Shown here: piece by piece, positions 17,044 through 26,071 of the stretch
Layout of the letters: each line of letters opens with the position of its first letter
Position numbering within the stretch: the stretch's first letter is position 1
Source of the DNA: a virus
Lineage: Duplodnaviria; Caudoviricetes
Length of the DNA stretch: 64,000 bases
Virus record (IMG/VR): IMGVR_UViG_3300035182_001152
Strand: one strand, 5' to 3'
Notes under the pieces: model-generated
Seen by the model: the letters and a program-made list of their open reading frames with translations, nothing else
What the model was told of the DNA's origin: nothing
Databases searched by the model: none
Program-made: the position numbers and the translations under genes

Positions 17044-18797
17044 CTTTCCACGATACGCAATACTTAGAGCTGGTTAAAACAGCCCTTACCCGCGGTGTGC
17101 GCAAGTCAAATCGCACAGGCGTAGACACGCTGTCTGTGTTCGGTCATCAAATGAAGTTTGATCTCCGTGACGGCACAATCCCGATGTTGACAACCAAGAA
17201 AATCCATACTCGTTCGATCATTATTGAGCTGCTGTGGTATCTGCAGGCAAATACAAGTTCCCGAGAGTTGGAACGTCAGGGCGTTACCATCTGGCGAGAA
17301 TGGGCAAATAAGGAAGGTGAGCTAGGGCCCGTCTACGGCGACCAGTGGAGAAACTGGGCGGTCGAACCCAGTGTGGTATTTGTGCAACCGCGCCGGATCA
17401 GCCCCTGTGTGGCTGCACTAGCCACACGTGAACTTATTGAGCCAGAGCAAACAGCTGATGATTTCGTTGGAAGCCACCACCGTACAAAAGAATGTGGTGA
17501 ATTGTTGGTTATCAGACATGACGGAAAATCAGGAAAAGAAAAAACATACACCGTACAGTTCAAGGCGACGGGCTATATAAAAACGAATGTGCGACGCAGC
17601 GTGATTAAGCGTGGACATATTATTGATGTGCTCTTGCCTCGAGTCTCTGGTGTTGGATATCTTGGCGAATTCGATAAGACAGACCCAATGCTAAAGCAAT
17701 TGCAGCGCCATTGGTATAAAATGTTGGATAGATGCTACAATTCATCAACAATAGAATACGCTCTGTACGGCGGGGCCGGGGTACACGTACACCCTGACTG
17801 GCACAACTTTGCAACGTTCCAACGTGATGTAAAACGGATTCCAGGCTGGAACACCAAGCGGCTGAACCCCTTAGCGTACGAACTTGATAAGGATTATTAC
17901 GAATCTAATTGCTACTCTAAGACGACATGCGTGTGGCTGAGCACCCAACACAATACACTGTATCGTCGAAATCCTCGACCATTCATTGCCACCTCACCTG
18001 ACGGTCGTAAATTCACAAGTCTATCAATTGATCAGTTCGCGTCGATTCACGGACTGTCAGGACCCATCATTCGGAAAGTACTAACCGGTCAATACACTCA
18101 TCACAAAGGTTTTACTTTTCAATACCTTGATATTCCACCAGGGAGTGTTGCTCGATATCGCCTGCCAATCGATCAGATCGCCAATCTGGTCCATTCTCTG
18201 AAGAACAACCCGAACGACCGTCGAATGATCGTCACAGCATGGAACCCCGCAGTCCTGCCTGACACCTCCGTCTCATTCGACGACAATGTTGCGAACGGAA
18301 AGCAAGCCCTGCCACCGTGCCATTACACGTTCCAGTGCTTTGCACGCCCACGGACTGTTGAAGAGATGACAAAACATGCGGTCGCCTTACACGGCCAAGA
18401 AGTCATCAAAGACATCAGTGAAAACCAGCACAAAGGCGCTGATTTCTGGAAAGAAACAGACGTGCCGATGTACGAGTTGTCGCTGATGTTGAATCAGCGG
18501 TCGTGCGATATCGGCCTCGGCGTCCCATTCAACATCGTTCAATATAGCATCCTCCTCCGGATGCTATGTGAGGTAGCAAACATGGTTCCAGGTGATTTCA
18601 TTTGGAACGGCGGCGACGTTCACATCTATGAGAACCACATAGAGCAACTGGAGGTGCAACTAACTCACGATCCTCTGCCATCCCCAACGTTTGAATTTGC
18701 ACGGAAAATTACGGACATTGACGACTTCAAGTATGAAGATTTCAGGATCGTCAACTACACGTCACACCCCGTGCTAAAAATGGATGTGGCTGTATAA
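17040..18797 (+). CDS. thyA: Thymidylate synthase carrying an in-frame HNH endonuclease insertion
   Basis: RTGVDT, TTKK, ELLWYL, GPVYGDQWRNW [insert] IDQI, RRMIVTAWNP, LPPCH, QRSCD.GLGVPFN, GDVHIYENH. Confidence 0.95.
   Translation: MTFHDTQYLELVKTALTRGVRKSNRTGVDTLSVFGHQMKFDLRDGTIPMLTTKKIHTRSIIIELLWYLQANTSSRELERQGVTIWREWANKEGELGPVYGDQWRNWAVEPSVVFVQPRRISPCVAALATRELIEPEQTADDFVGSHHRTKECGELLVIRHDGKSGKEKTYTVQFKATGYIKTNVRRSVIKRGHIIDVLLPRVSGVGYLGEFDKTDPMLKQLQRHWYKMLDRCYNSSTIEYALYGGAGVHVHPDWHNFATFQRDVKRIPGWNTKRLNPLAYELDKDYYESNCYSKTTCVWLSTQHNTLYRRNPRPFIATSPDGRKFTSLSIDQFASIHGLSGPIIRKVLTGQYTHHKGFTFQYLDIPPGSVARYRLPIDQIANLVHSLKNNPNDRRMIVTAWNPAVLPDTSVSFDDNVANGKQALPPCHYTFQCFARPRTVEEMTKHAVALHGQEVIKDISENQHKGADFWKETDVPMYELSLMLNQRSCDIGLGVPFNIVQYSILLRMLCEVANMVPGDFIWNGGDVHIYENHIEQLEVQLTHDPLPSPTFEFARKITDIDDFKYEDFRIVNYTSHPVLKMDVAV
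17358..18167 (+). mobile_element. HNH-type homing endonuclease domain inserted in frame in thyA (aa 107-376)
   Basis: V.F..TG...I..G..D...P.V.GVGYLG, WYKMLDRCY...YGGAGV.V...W..FATF, ELDKDY...YSKTTCVW....N, and a C-terminal NUMOD1-like helix ending KGFTF. Confidence 0.85.
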
Positions 18798-18867
18798 ATA
18801 ATGCCAATACGATACGTCATACAACGGCGTCGCTGTGGTGCCGTTGAGCAATCTTCCGGAGAATAAG

Positions 18868-19209
18868 ATGGCTCACTTCAATGTTACGTACAAGGCTCGC
18901 AATGTAAACACTAAGCGTTTGCTTGAGCGTGTGGTACAAACCGTTCAAAACACAGTAGAAGAGTTCGTATATGTTCGTACGACACAATTCTCTCAACCGT
19001 ACGACTTCTCGGGCGTATCCGACTATATCGACATGTTCATGGAGCAGTTGGTTGAAGAACATGTTATCACCACATATGACGTGATCGGTGACACACGCAA
19101 CAATGACCTACACTCAATGACGCGTGGTACATTGGTCCTCGATCTTGAGTTCCAGCAGTTCAACTGCCTTAATACGACCTCAATTACGTTCGAGATCCGC
19201 AAAGTTTGA
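18868..19209 (+). CDS. Hypothetical protein
   Basis: GGAG RBS before ATG 18868; late motif at 18793. Confidence 0.7.
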   Translation: MAHFNVTYKARNVNTKRLLERVVQTVQNTVEEFVYVRTTQFSQPYDFSGVSDYIDMFMEQLVEEHVITTYDVIGDTRNNDLHSMTRGTLVLDLEFQQFNCLNTTSITFEIRKV

Positions 19210-19212
19210 CCG

Positions 19213-19241
19213 TTGACCCTCAGCCGTAGTCGTAGTATAGT
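19213..19241 (+). promoter_or_regulatory. Sigma70-like promoter of the ligase gene
   Basis: TTGACC - 17 nt - TATAGT. Confidence 0.65.
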
Positions 19242-19271
19242 CTCCGCATCAACTGATCGTGGAGACCATTC

Positions 19272-21227
19272 ATGCTGACTATCCAAGAGGGCAAGCAAAT
19301 TGCCAAGGAAATGTTCGTCCTCGGGTCGTACGAGGACTTTTCCGTTGCACAAATCATCGAGCTGCTGACGCTCGCAGATGATTTGTACTTCAACGAACAA
19401 CAGGCGATCGACCTTCTGGAAGATGATCAATACGACGCCCTGAAACAATACGCTGCGCGCCTCGCGCCGGCAAACGTGTACTTCACGGGCGTTGGCAGCT
19501 CCGTCCGCGGTGGGAAGATCACACTGCCTTTCCAAATGGGTTCGCTGAATCAAGTGTATGTCGGCGGAGACTTCGAGCGTTGGGTCGGCAAGTACTACAT
19601 CGCGGCTGAGTTGCTGGTGATTTCGAACAAGCTGGACGGCGCCAGTGCGATGTACGTGTACGACATCAACGGCAACCTTCAGATTGCGTATTCGCGTGGG
19701 GATGGCGTGCAAGGCGCTGACATCACCCGACACGCGCGCAAACTGCACGACGTTCCAGCAAAGATCGACAACAAGACGGGCGCTCCCGTCACTGTCCGCG
19801 CTGAGAATATCATCAAGCCGGTAGAGTTTGCGATCGTCAATACGGGCAAGTATGCGCGCGGCGGCCGCATCTACAAAAACCCGCGCAACATGGTCTCCGG
19901 CCTGATGAACTCATCGTCGTTGCACGACCAGATGTATGATGCGATCGACACGGTTGCATACGAAATCGTCGGCTCGACAACGACCAAAGAGGACCAACTG
20001 AAGCAACTGAAGGCATACGGCTTCCACGTCGTCGAGTACGAAACCGCAATTGCGGGCGATCTCGACGAACAAGACCTGACCGACATCCTCAACCGCGTCC
20101 GTAAGAACTCTGAGTATGAGTTGGACGGTATCGTGATCGACATTAACAGCGCGAAGATTCGGGCCAAGATCAAGACTGACGACCTGAATCCTGAGTACGC
20201 TGTCAAGTTCAAGGTCGCTGATTCGTCGAACTATGCAGAGGCTCGCTGCACGAACGTTGAATGGAACGTATCGAAAGACGGCTATTACAAGCCGCGCGTT
20301 CAGATTGAACCGACCAATCTCGTTGGCGTGACTATCACGAACCTCACTGGATTCAATGCGAAGTTCATCAAGGAAAACAACATCGGTCCTGGCGCGATCC
20401 TCAAGATCACGCGTTCAGGCGATGTGATCCCTTATATTTTGGGCGTCGCAACGCCTGCTCCGTCTGGCCCGCAATTGCCCGACGATGGTGAAGCGGTGTG
20501 GACGGATACTGGGGTTGACCTCGTCGTGGCAGATGTTAGCAACAACGAGACTGTTAATTTCGAGCGTCTGAACGACTTTTTTTCGTCGATTGACGTCCCG
20601 CACCTCGGTGCAGGGAACCTCAGGATGATGTTCGAGATGGGGTTCGACACTCCGGAAAAGATCATCCCGCTGACAGTTGAAGACATCAGTAGCCTGGTCA
20701 AATCGCGCTCGATTGGCTCCAAGATCCACAAAGGTCTTCGTGACAAGCTGACGAACATGGCGCTGCCGGATCTGATGGGCTCGCACAGTGCCTTCGGCCG
20801 TGGCGTGGGTAAGCGGAAGATGAAGAAGCTGTACGAAGCGTTCAAAGGCGAGATGCACTACTGTGTAGAGGTCAGCAAGATTGTTGGGATCGAAGGATTC
20901 GACACGAAGACGGCTACGAAGATCGCCCGCGGCTACCCGGAGTTCGAGGCATTCCTCGAGGTGATTCGCCCGTACGTGACGTTTGCTCCGTATGAGGAAA
21001 AGGCTGTCGGCAATCTGACCGGCAAGGATATCGTCATTACGGGTTTTCGTGATAAGTCCCTGGATATAAAGATTGAAGAGCTTGGTGGACGTGTTGCGTC
21101 TGGTGTATCAAACAAGACGCACGTTGTAGTGGCAGCTGATCCTACCGATTCATCTACTAAACTCACAAAAGCGCGGGCGTTGGGCATTCGGATTGTATCA
21201 AAGGACGAGTTTTTAGCATCTCTATAA
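19272..21227 (+). CDS. ligA: NAD-dependent DNA ligase
   Basis: Y..G...D.QYD.L, KLDGAS (KxDG), SRGDG, NPRN, ELDGIVI, AVKF, RSGDVIPYI and a C-terminal BRCT domain. Confidence 0.95.
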   Translation: MLTIQEGKQIAKEMFVLGSYEDFSVAQIIELLTLADDLYFNEQQAIDLLEDDQYDALKQYAARLAPANVYFTGVGSSVRGGKITLPFQMGSLNQVYVGGDFERWVGKYYIAAELLVISNKLDGASAMYVYDINGNLQIAYSRGDGVQGADITRHARKLHDVPAKIDNKTGAPVTVRAENIIKPVEFAIVNTGKYARGGRIYKNPRNMVSGLMNSSSLHDQMYDAIDTVAYEIVGSTTTKEDQLKQLKAYGFHVVEYETAIAGDLDEQDLTDILNRVRKNSEYELDGIVIDINSAKIRAKIKTDDLNPEYAVKFKVADSSNYAEARCTNVEWNVSKDGYYKPRVQIEPTNLVGVTITNLTGFNAKFIKENNIGPGAILKITRSGDVIPYILGVATPAPSGPQLPDDGEAVWTDTGVDLVVADVSNNETVNFERLNDFFSSIDVPHLGAGNLRMMFEMGFDTPEKIIPLTVEDISSLVKSRSIGSKIHKGLRDKLTNMALPDLMGSHSAFGRGVGKRKMKKLYEAFKGEMHYCVEVSKIVGIEGFDTKTATKIARGYPEFEAFLEVIRPYVTFAPYEEKAVGNLTGKDIVITGFRDKSLDIKIEELGGRVASGVSNKTHVVVAADPTDSSTKLTKARALGIRIVSKDEFLASL

Positions 21228-21870
21228 GATCGTCTGGGAGCATCCCCCACCTCCCGGATGGAGACGTAACGTATACGTTCCCTTGCCCTAGCCATCGCTC
21301 GTACTTGTCCACTTGAGCACGAATCAGCGACAGAGACCAGTAAGGAGCGTCCAATTTTACCTCCACTCCTACGCCAAGGTCAGGTAGATAGATATCTATT
21401 TGACCCTTAGATCTATTTCCTGTTGATGAATATTCTATTCGAACTGTTGACGTAACTTCATTAACAATGCGCCACACTATGTGTTGTCGAAATAAGTCCT
21501 CAAGACTGAAACTCACCGGTACAGGCATCTCTTTACCAAGATATAGATCCTTAATAAGTTCCGATTGCCGCTGCTTTTCAGCCTGGTACTGTGCCAAGCG
21601 GGTATCCTTGAGCAATGTCCCATATCGTTCTTTGTGGTAGGCGCTGATGCGCTCCTTGTTTCGCTCGGCATATGCTCTGTCCGTATATCGTCTGCGTTCG
21701 GTGTTATTTGCTCGCCACTGAGTCCGGCCGCTCGCTCGTTTCTCTGTACTACAACACTCAACGCACCCACTGTTTGACGTGTAGCGACGACCCACGTGCC
21801 CGAACGCCCGACAAGGGCCAACACTATCGTAGAATCTGGATCCTTGTTGTTTTGCTTCATCTTTTGTCAT
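21163..21870 (-). CDS. Putative homing endonuclease (N-terminal Cys/His Zn module plus PD-(D/E)xK domain)
   Basis: PC..GH..RY.S..CVEC N-terminus; IDIYLPDLGVGVEVK C-terminus; overlaps the ligA 3' end convergently. Confidence 0.7.
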   Translation of the reverse strand: MTKDEAKQQGSRFYDSVGPCRAFGHVGRRYTSNSGCVECCSTEKRASGRTQWRANNTERRRYTDRAYAERNKERISAYHKERYGTLLKDTRLAQYQAEKQRQSELIKDLYLGKEMPVPVSFSLEDLFRQHIVWRIVNEVTSTVRIEYSSTGNRSKGQIDIYLPDLGVGVEVKLDAPYWSLSLIRAQVDKYERWLGQGNVYVTSPSGRWGMLPDDLIEMLKTRPLIQSECPTPALL

Positions 21871-21933
21871 GTTCTCTACTTACATAAATACGTGTATAAT
21901 CTGTATTTATGTGAGTTCCGTTGCGGAGATGCT

Positions 21934-22304
21934 ATGATCGTACCACGCAACCTCGATTTGGATCGGCTGCATCAAGCCATAGAACTGGTCACATCTGAGC
22001 GCGACCGTCATCACCGTGAGGGCAAGACGGTAGCGTATGTCACGATGATGATTGGCGAGGTTGAACTGGGCGGCCAACAGAACAACACCTGTACATCGGC
22101 AATGACGGGTTCTTCACCGGCTTCCGCTCAGCGGAGCTGGAGAAGCAGATCATCAACGCAGGTGGTTCGATGGGCTCGTCGGTCAGCAAGAATACCACGT
22201 ACCTCGTCACTGCCGAACCAAACAGCACTTCGACGAAAGCGCAGAAGGCTCGCTCCATCGGTGTCACCGTTATCGGTCAAGATAAGCTGAAGGCGATGCT
22301 GTAA
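21934..22304 (+). pseudogene. ORF joined out of frame to an orphan second BRCT domain
   Basis: ATG 21934 with GGAG RBS. In another frame, 22113-22304 encodes FTGFRSAELEKQIINAGGSMGSSVSKNTTYLVTAEPNSTSTKAQKARSIGVTVIGQDKLKAML* with no start codon of its own (in-frame stop at 22062). Confidence 0.7.
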
Positions 22305-22374
22305 CCCAACAATATTACCTATTTTCACTACATCCCGATTGTGTTAGGATGTAGTGAACTAACAGGAGAAATGA

Positions 22375-22599
22375 ATGGTTCACGGACCAGAAGTTGGAAT
22401 GAAGTATCATGTGATTTTGCATGGCCGCCAGCAAGAATTGTTCGCTGGCCAGCCTGCGTCACGCCATCAACAACTGTCCAATCAGCTGCTGCAGTTTGCG
22501 GATCAGGTTCGCAACTGCAAGTGGGAAGAGTTTGAAGAGTGGTACGAAATCTACAAAGATACGTACATGCCACCTACCAAGAAGAGGAGTAGGGTTTGA
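22375..22599 (+). CDS. Hypothetical protein
   Basis: AGGAG RBS; overlaps the DHFR start. Confidence 0.55.
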   Translation: MVHGPEVGMKYHVILHGRQQELFAGQPASRHQQLSNQLLQFADQVRNCKWEEFEEWYEIYKDTYMPPTKKRSRV

Positions 22600-23309
22600 C
22601 GACCGAACAAGACACCGCTACACAAGAAGAAGCAGCGCGCCGCGCCGCGTTTGAGCAGGCTGCTCGACAGGCTCATGCTCAGCATGCCCACCAACAACGG
22701 CAAGCGTATGAGCAGCACCAGGCCGCAATGCGCGCTCAGATGGAGGCGGATCGCTGGGCACGAATCACACAGCAGCTGATTAACAAGAGCCCGCGCCAGC
22801 AGTACGCGTGCATTGTAGCAGTAGACCTTTGTGGTGGGTTCAGCAAGGACGGCAAGATCCCGTGGAACTATACTGCTGACTTCAAGTGGTTCCAACAAAA
22901 GACAGAGGGCCACATCTGTGTGATGGGTCGCGCAACTTACGATGACTTGGTCAACCACCTCGGCAGCAAGGGTGACGAGAGCATTTTGCCTGGCCGCAAG
23001 TGCTTTGTGGTAACGTCATCGCCGCTGCCCAAGGATAATGCAATCGCAGTTAAGTCGATCAGTGAGGTCGACAAGCATCTGACATTTGAGGACGCTGAGA
23101 ATAAGACGGTGTTCTTCATCGGTGGCGAGCGGATCTACAGTGAAGGAATCGCTAAGGCGAACACGCTGTACATCACGGTTGTCAACAAAGAGGTTGACGC
23201 GGACCGGTTTTTTCCAACCAACTATACGTTGAAGCACTTCAACATGGAGCAGCAGTTCGTCAACGACAAGACACCAGACTTGCGCTTCACCATCTGGAAA
23301 CGCAAATGA
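22596..23309 (+). CDS. folA: Dihydrofolate reductase with a Q/A-rich N-terminal extension
   Basis: IVAVD..GGF..DGKIPW...DFKWF...T.GH..VMGRATY, LPGRK, FFIGGERIY, DADRFFP. Confidence 0.92.
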   Translation: MTTEQDTATQEEAARRAAFEQAARQAHAQHAHQQRQAYEQHQAAMRAQMEADRWARITQQLINKSPRQQYACIVAVDLCGGFSKDGKIPWNYTADFKWFQQKTEGHICVMGRATYDDLVNHLGSKGDESILPGRKCFVVTSSPLPKDNAIAVKSISEVDKHLTFEDAENKTVFFIGGERIYSEGIAKANTLYITVVNKEVDADRFFPTNYTLKHFNMEQQFVNDKTPDLRFTIWKRK

Positions 23310-23578
23310 GTCCAGTGATCTACTGGGGTCCGTATGACCGCAAGATGATTGAGACGAAGTACGCAGAGTACAAAGCGAAGCGTGAAGCTGACGGTGGTGA
23401 GATTGAAGGATATGTGATTCAGGTCGACGAGCCCTATCACTTCAGTCACTTCAAAAACTATGTTGATAAATACGTTCGCAAAGGCCATGTTATGACAACG
23501 CAACATTGGATGTATGGCCAAGCTGTGGTGCCCAACACTTTGAAAGAGGGCCTCACCGGTTTTGAGTCGGTGACATAA
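23306..23578 (+). CDS. Hypothetical protein
   Basis: ATGA coupling with DHFR. Confidence 0.65.
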   Translation: MSPVIYWGPYDRKMIETKYAEYKAKREADGGEIEGYVIQVDEPYHFSHFKNYVDKYVRKGHVMTTQHWMYGQAVVPNTLKEGLTGFESVT

Positions 23579-23595
23579 TGAAAGACAAGTGTTAA

Positions 23596-24126
23596 ATGAC
23601 CCTCGATGAGTTACTACAAGAAAAACACACACCAAGTGGAACATACGCAGCCGTAAAGTTCAGCCAGGACACAAAGGATGCGATCGAAAAGTACATCAAA
23701 GACAATGACATCCCTAACGGGTTAGCAGCGTCAAAGATGCACTGCACTTTACTGTACAGCCGCAAGCATTGCCCTGATTACGAGCCATTAGGTAAGATCG
23801 ATCCACCGTGGATCGGCAAGCCGACTGGCTTGGATGTGTGGGAATCAAAAGGCGAACAGGACGGAGAAGAGGGAACACGTTGCCTCGTAATGGAGTTCAA
23901 GTGTGACAAGCTGAACGAACGCCATGAACAACTGATGGATGAACATCAAGCGACGTATGACTTCCCTGAATACAAAACACACGTCACACTGTCATATGAC
24001 ATTGGTGATTTAGACGAAGCAGAACTACCAGATATCAAGAGCGTTGTCAAGAAGCTGGAAATCGTTGAAGAATATGGCGAGGATCTTGATTTGAGCTGGG
24101 CCAAAAACGAGGGAACGGAAAAATGA
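23596..24126 (+). CDS. acb1: Acb1/T4 gp57B-like 2H phosphodiesterase (anti-CBASS nuclease)
   Basis: GTYAAVKFS N-terminus and two HxT motifs (MHCTLLYSR; YKTHVTLSYD) with DF.EY preceding, as in T4 57B. Confidence 0.85.
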   Translation: MTLDELLQEKHTPSGTYAAVKFSQDTKDAIEKYIKDNDIPNGLAASKMHCTLLYSRKHCPDYEPLGKIDPPWIGKPTGLDVWESKGEQDGEEGTRCLVMEFKCDKLNERHEQLMDEHQATYDFPEYKTHVTLSYDIGDLDEAELPDIKSVVKKLEIVEEYGEDLDLSWAKNEGTEK

Positions 24127-24410
24127 ACACAACAGACAAGACGATTTCTACGTACACACAAAACGATACAACATCAGGGAGTGAGGATGCAATCCTCACT
24201 GGCATGCGCTGCTTCTCCGTTGCGTTAGGCCACTGGCTAAAGCATGCTGAGGCTGTGTGTGTTACGCTGGCTCCACAGCCGAATTTTCCAAACGACCGTA
24301 GCGGCCGCTTTGTCGTGTTCCGCAATCAGGATCAGATCCTGATCAACTATGCGCCAGAAGGCTTGCGAGCTGCTGACGGTGAAGTGTTCTCCATTGGAGA
24401 ATTTCAATGA
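24123..24410 (+). CDS. Hypothetical protein
   Basis: Coupled ORF. Confidence 0.6.
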   Translation: MNTTDKTISTYTQNDTTSGSEDAILTGMRCFSVALGHWLKHAEAVCVTLAPQPNFPNDRSGRFVVFRNQDQILINYAPEGLRAADGEVFSIGEFQ

Positions 24411-24694
24411 TCACCGCCAAGCAAGTTGAAAGCCACAGCTGGTGCAAGTTCGCCAAGCTGCGGACGTTCGCGTTGTCGGGCGAAAATGGTCAACATCCGT
24501 TCTCGATCACGATTGATGCTCGTGACGTTGATGCGACACTTGAAATGGCGCTTACCCGATTCTGTGACGAACCCCACAATCCAATCATGCGTCAAGACGG
24601 CGGTAAGTACGTGATCGATCGTTGGGAGCCGGAAGCCCGCGCCCCCAAGGATGAGATCAAGCAAGCTCTGTTGCAAGCGCTACGCGTGGAATAA
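24407..24694 (+). CDS. Hypothetical protein
   Basis: Coupled ORF. Confidence 0.6.
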   Translation: MITAKQVESHSWCKFAKLRTFALSGENGQHPFSITIDARDVDATLEMALTRFCDEPHNPIMRQDGGKYVIDRWEPEARAPKDEIKQALLQALRVE

Positions 24695-25527
24695 TGCATT
24701 GGATACTGCAAGTAAACATCTCCAATGAAGACGGCTGGAAGTCATTGGTTGAAACACTCGACCGATTCGATATTCCGTATTCTATCCACAAGGTCGTTCC
24801 GTTTGTTGGTGAGATCGAACCTGACATTAACCCGGAAGGCCCGGTGATCTGTTTTGGTACATATTCACTCCGCCACCTTGCTAAGAAGAAGGGGTGGTAT
24901 CCGGGTGTATTTGACCTTGAGCCGTTCGACTTTAGTGTCCAGCTTGATCACTGGGGGCAGCATATGTTCAACGCTGACTCAGTGATCACCAGATTTGACG
25001 ACGCTGTGTTTACGAATGAGCAAATGTTTGTTCGTCCAGCAAACGATACGAAGTATTTTGCAGGTAAGGTCTACGACCGTGATGAGTTCGAGGAATGGCA
25101 GCGGAATGTCTGCACACTGAATCTCGACTACGGCAACAGCCTGAAGAATGACACCTTGATCCAAGTTAGCCCCGTCAAGAAGACGCTGAATGAACACCGG
25201 TTCTGGATCGTCAAAGGCAAGATTGTTACGGCGTCAACGTACAAGATCGGCCGGACTGTCCATTACCAGGCTCCCGTAGACGAACGGTTCCATCAGTACG
25301 TTGAGGAGCGGGTTGCTGAATGGCAGCCTCTTGATGCATTTGTTATTGACGTCTGTGATACTCAAGACGGTGGGATCAAGATCATGGAGATCAATACTAT
25401 CAATGCATCAGGCTTCTACGCTGGTGATATGCAGAAACTCGTGTTTGCACTAGAGGAGGCGTTCAACGTCCCTACGGAGCCAGATCTGCTTGACCATAAA
25501 ATAAGGAGCTGTGATGACACAATGTAG
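24694..25527 (+). CDS. ATP-grasp domain protein (DUF4343/R2K-like)
   Basis: FVRPANDTKYFAG, EHRFWIVKGKIVTAS.Y, FVIDV, IMEINTINASGFY. Confidence 0.85.
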   Translation: MHWILQVNISNEDGWKSLVETLDRFDIPYSIHKVVPFVGEIEPDINPEGPVICFGTYSLRHLAKKKGWYPGVFDLEPFDFSVQLDHWGQHMFNADSVITRFDDAVFTNEQMFVRPANDTKYFAGKVYDRDEFEEWQRNVCTLNLDYGNSLKNDTLIQVSPVKKTLNEHRFWIVKGKIVTASTYKIGRTVHYQAPVDERFHQYVEERVAEWQPLDAFVIDVCDTQDGGIKIMEINTINASGFYAGDMQKLVFALEEAFNVPTEPDLLDHKIRSCDDTM

Positions 25528-25924
25528 CCATCCGTATCAGGACATTGCGACATTTGTTGCAGAAAAGATGCCAGATGTTCTGTGGGTTCCTCGCAAGCAC
25601 CACATTATCTACATATCCCCAACAGAACGGTTGAACGTTACTGTTGAGCGTGGCACTTCGGAAGACGGGAAATACTTTGGTTACGGGATGTACCGCCACG
25701 ACATTCTGGAGCAGGCGGGGATTCACGAAGCAGCGAACGATTCGGAGAATCTGGCAGAGGCTTACTTTGAAAAGCTGTTTGACTACCTGTCTGTTCGAGA
25801 CATGCTGGCTGTCCGCCAGCGGATCAACAAGTACATTGATAATTTCAACACAAGGTGGGTCGAGCAAGGCCTGCAACCGGTTGGAGATGAAAATAAAACC
25901 ACTAGACAAAACGGAGCAGTTTGA
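25511..25924 (+). CDS. Hypothetical protein
   Basis: ORF in the co-oriented array; start uncertain. Confidence 0.6.
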   Translation: MMTQCSHPYQDIATFVAEKMPDVLWVPRKHHIIYISPTERLNVTVERGTSEDGKYFGYGMYRHDILEQAGIHEAANDSENLAEAYFEKLFDYLSVRDMLAVRQRINKYIDNFNTRWVEQGLQPVGDENKTTRQNGAV

Positions 25925-26069
25925 CAAGCTCAGTGAGGTTGAAACGGACGTTGGTAAGCGAGACGTCCGTGAATCGCGCCGCCGCATTAAGCAGCTAATG
26001 CACAAGCACGCCCGGACAGCCGGCAAGCGTGAGCTGAGGCGGGTGATGGAGGGTGAGAATGACGATTGA
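25887..26069 (+). CDS. Small basic hypothetical protein
   Basis: GGAG RBS before ATG 25887. Confidence 0.55.
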   Translation: MKIKPLDKTEQFDKLSEVETDVGKRDVRESRRRIKQLMHKHARTAGKRELRRVMEGENDD

Positions 26070-26071
26070 CC

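Noticed and set aside
17358-18167. Canonical intein or group I intron in thyA
   Set aside because: There is no C-terminal HN/HQ followed by C/S/T and no recognisable HINT blocks. The insert is fully coding, with no visible P7 or J8/7-type core sequences.
21796-22290. The 164-aa ORF as one genuine protein
   Set aside because: Its C-terminal half is the off-frame reading of the orphan BRCT sequence and is Ser/Arg-rich nonsense. Only the part from ATG 21934 has an RBS.
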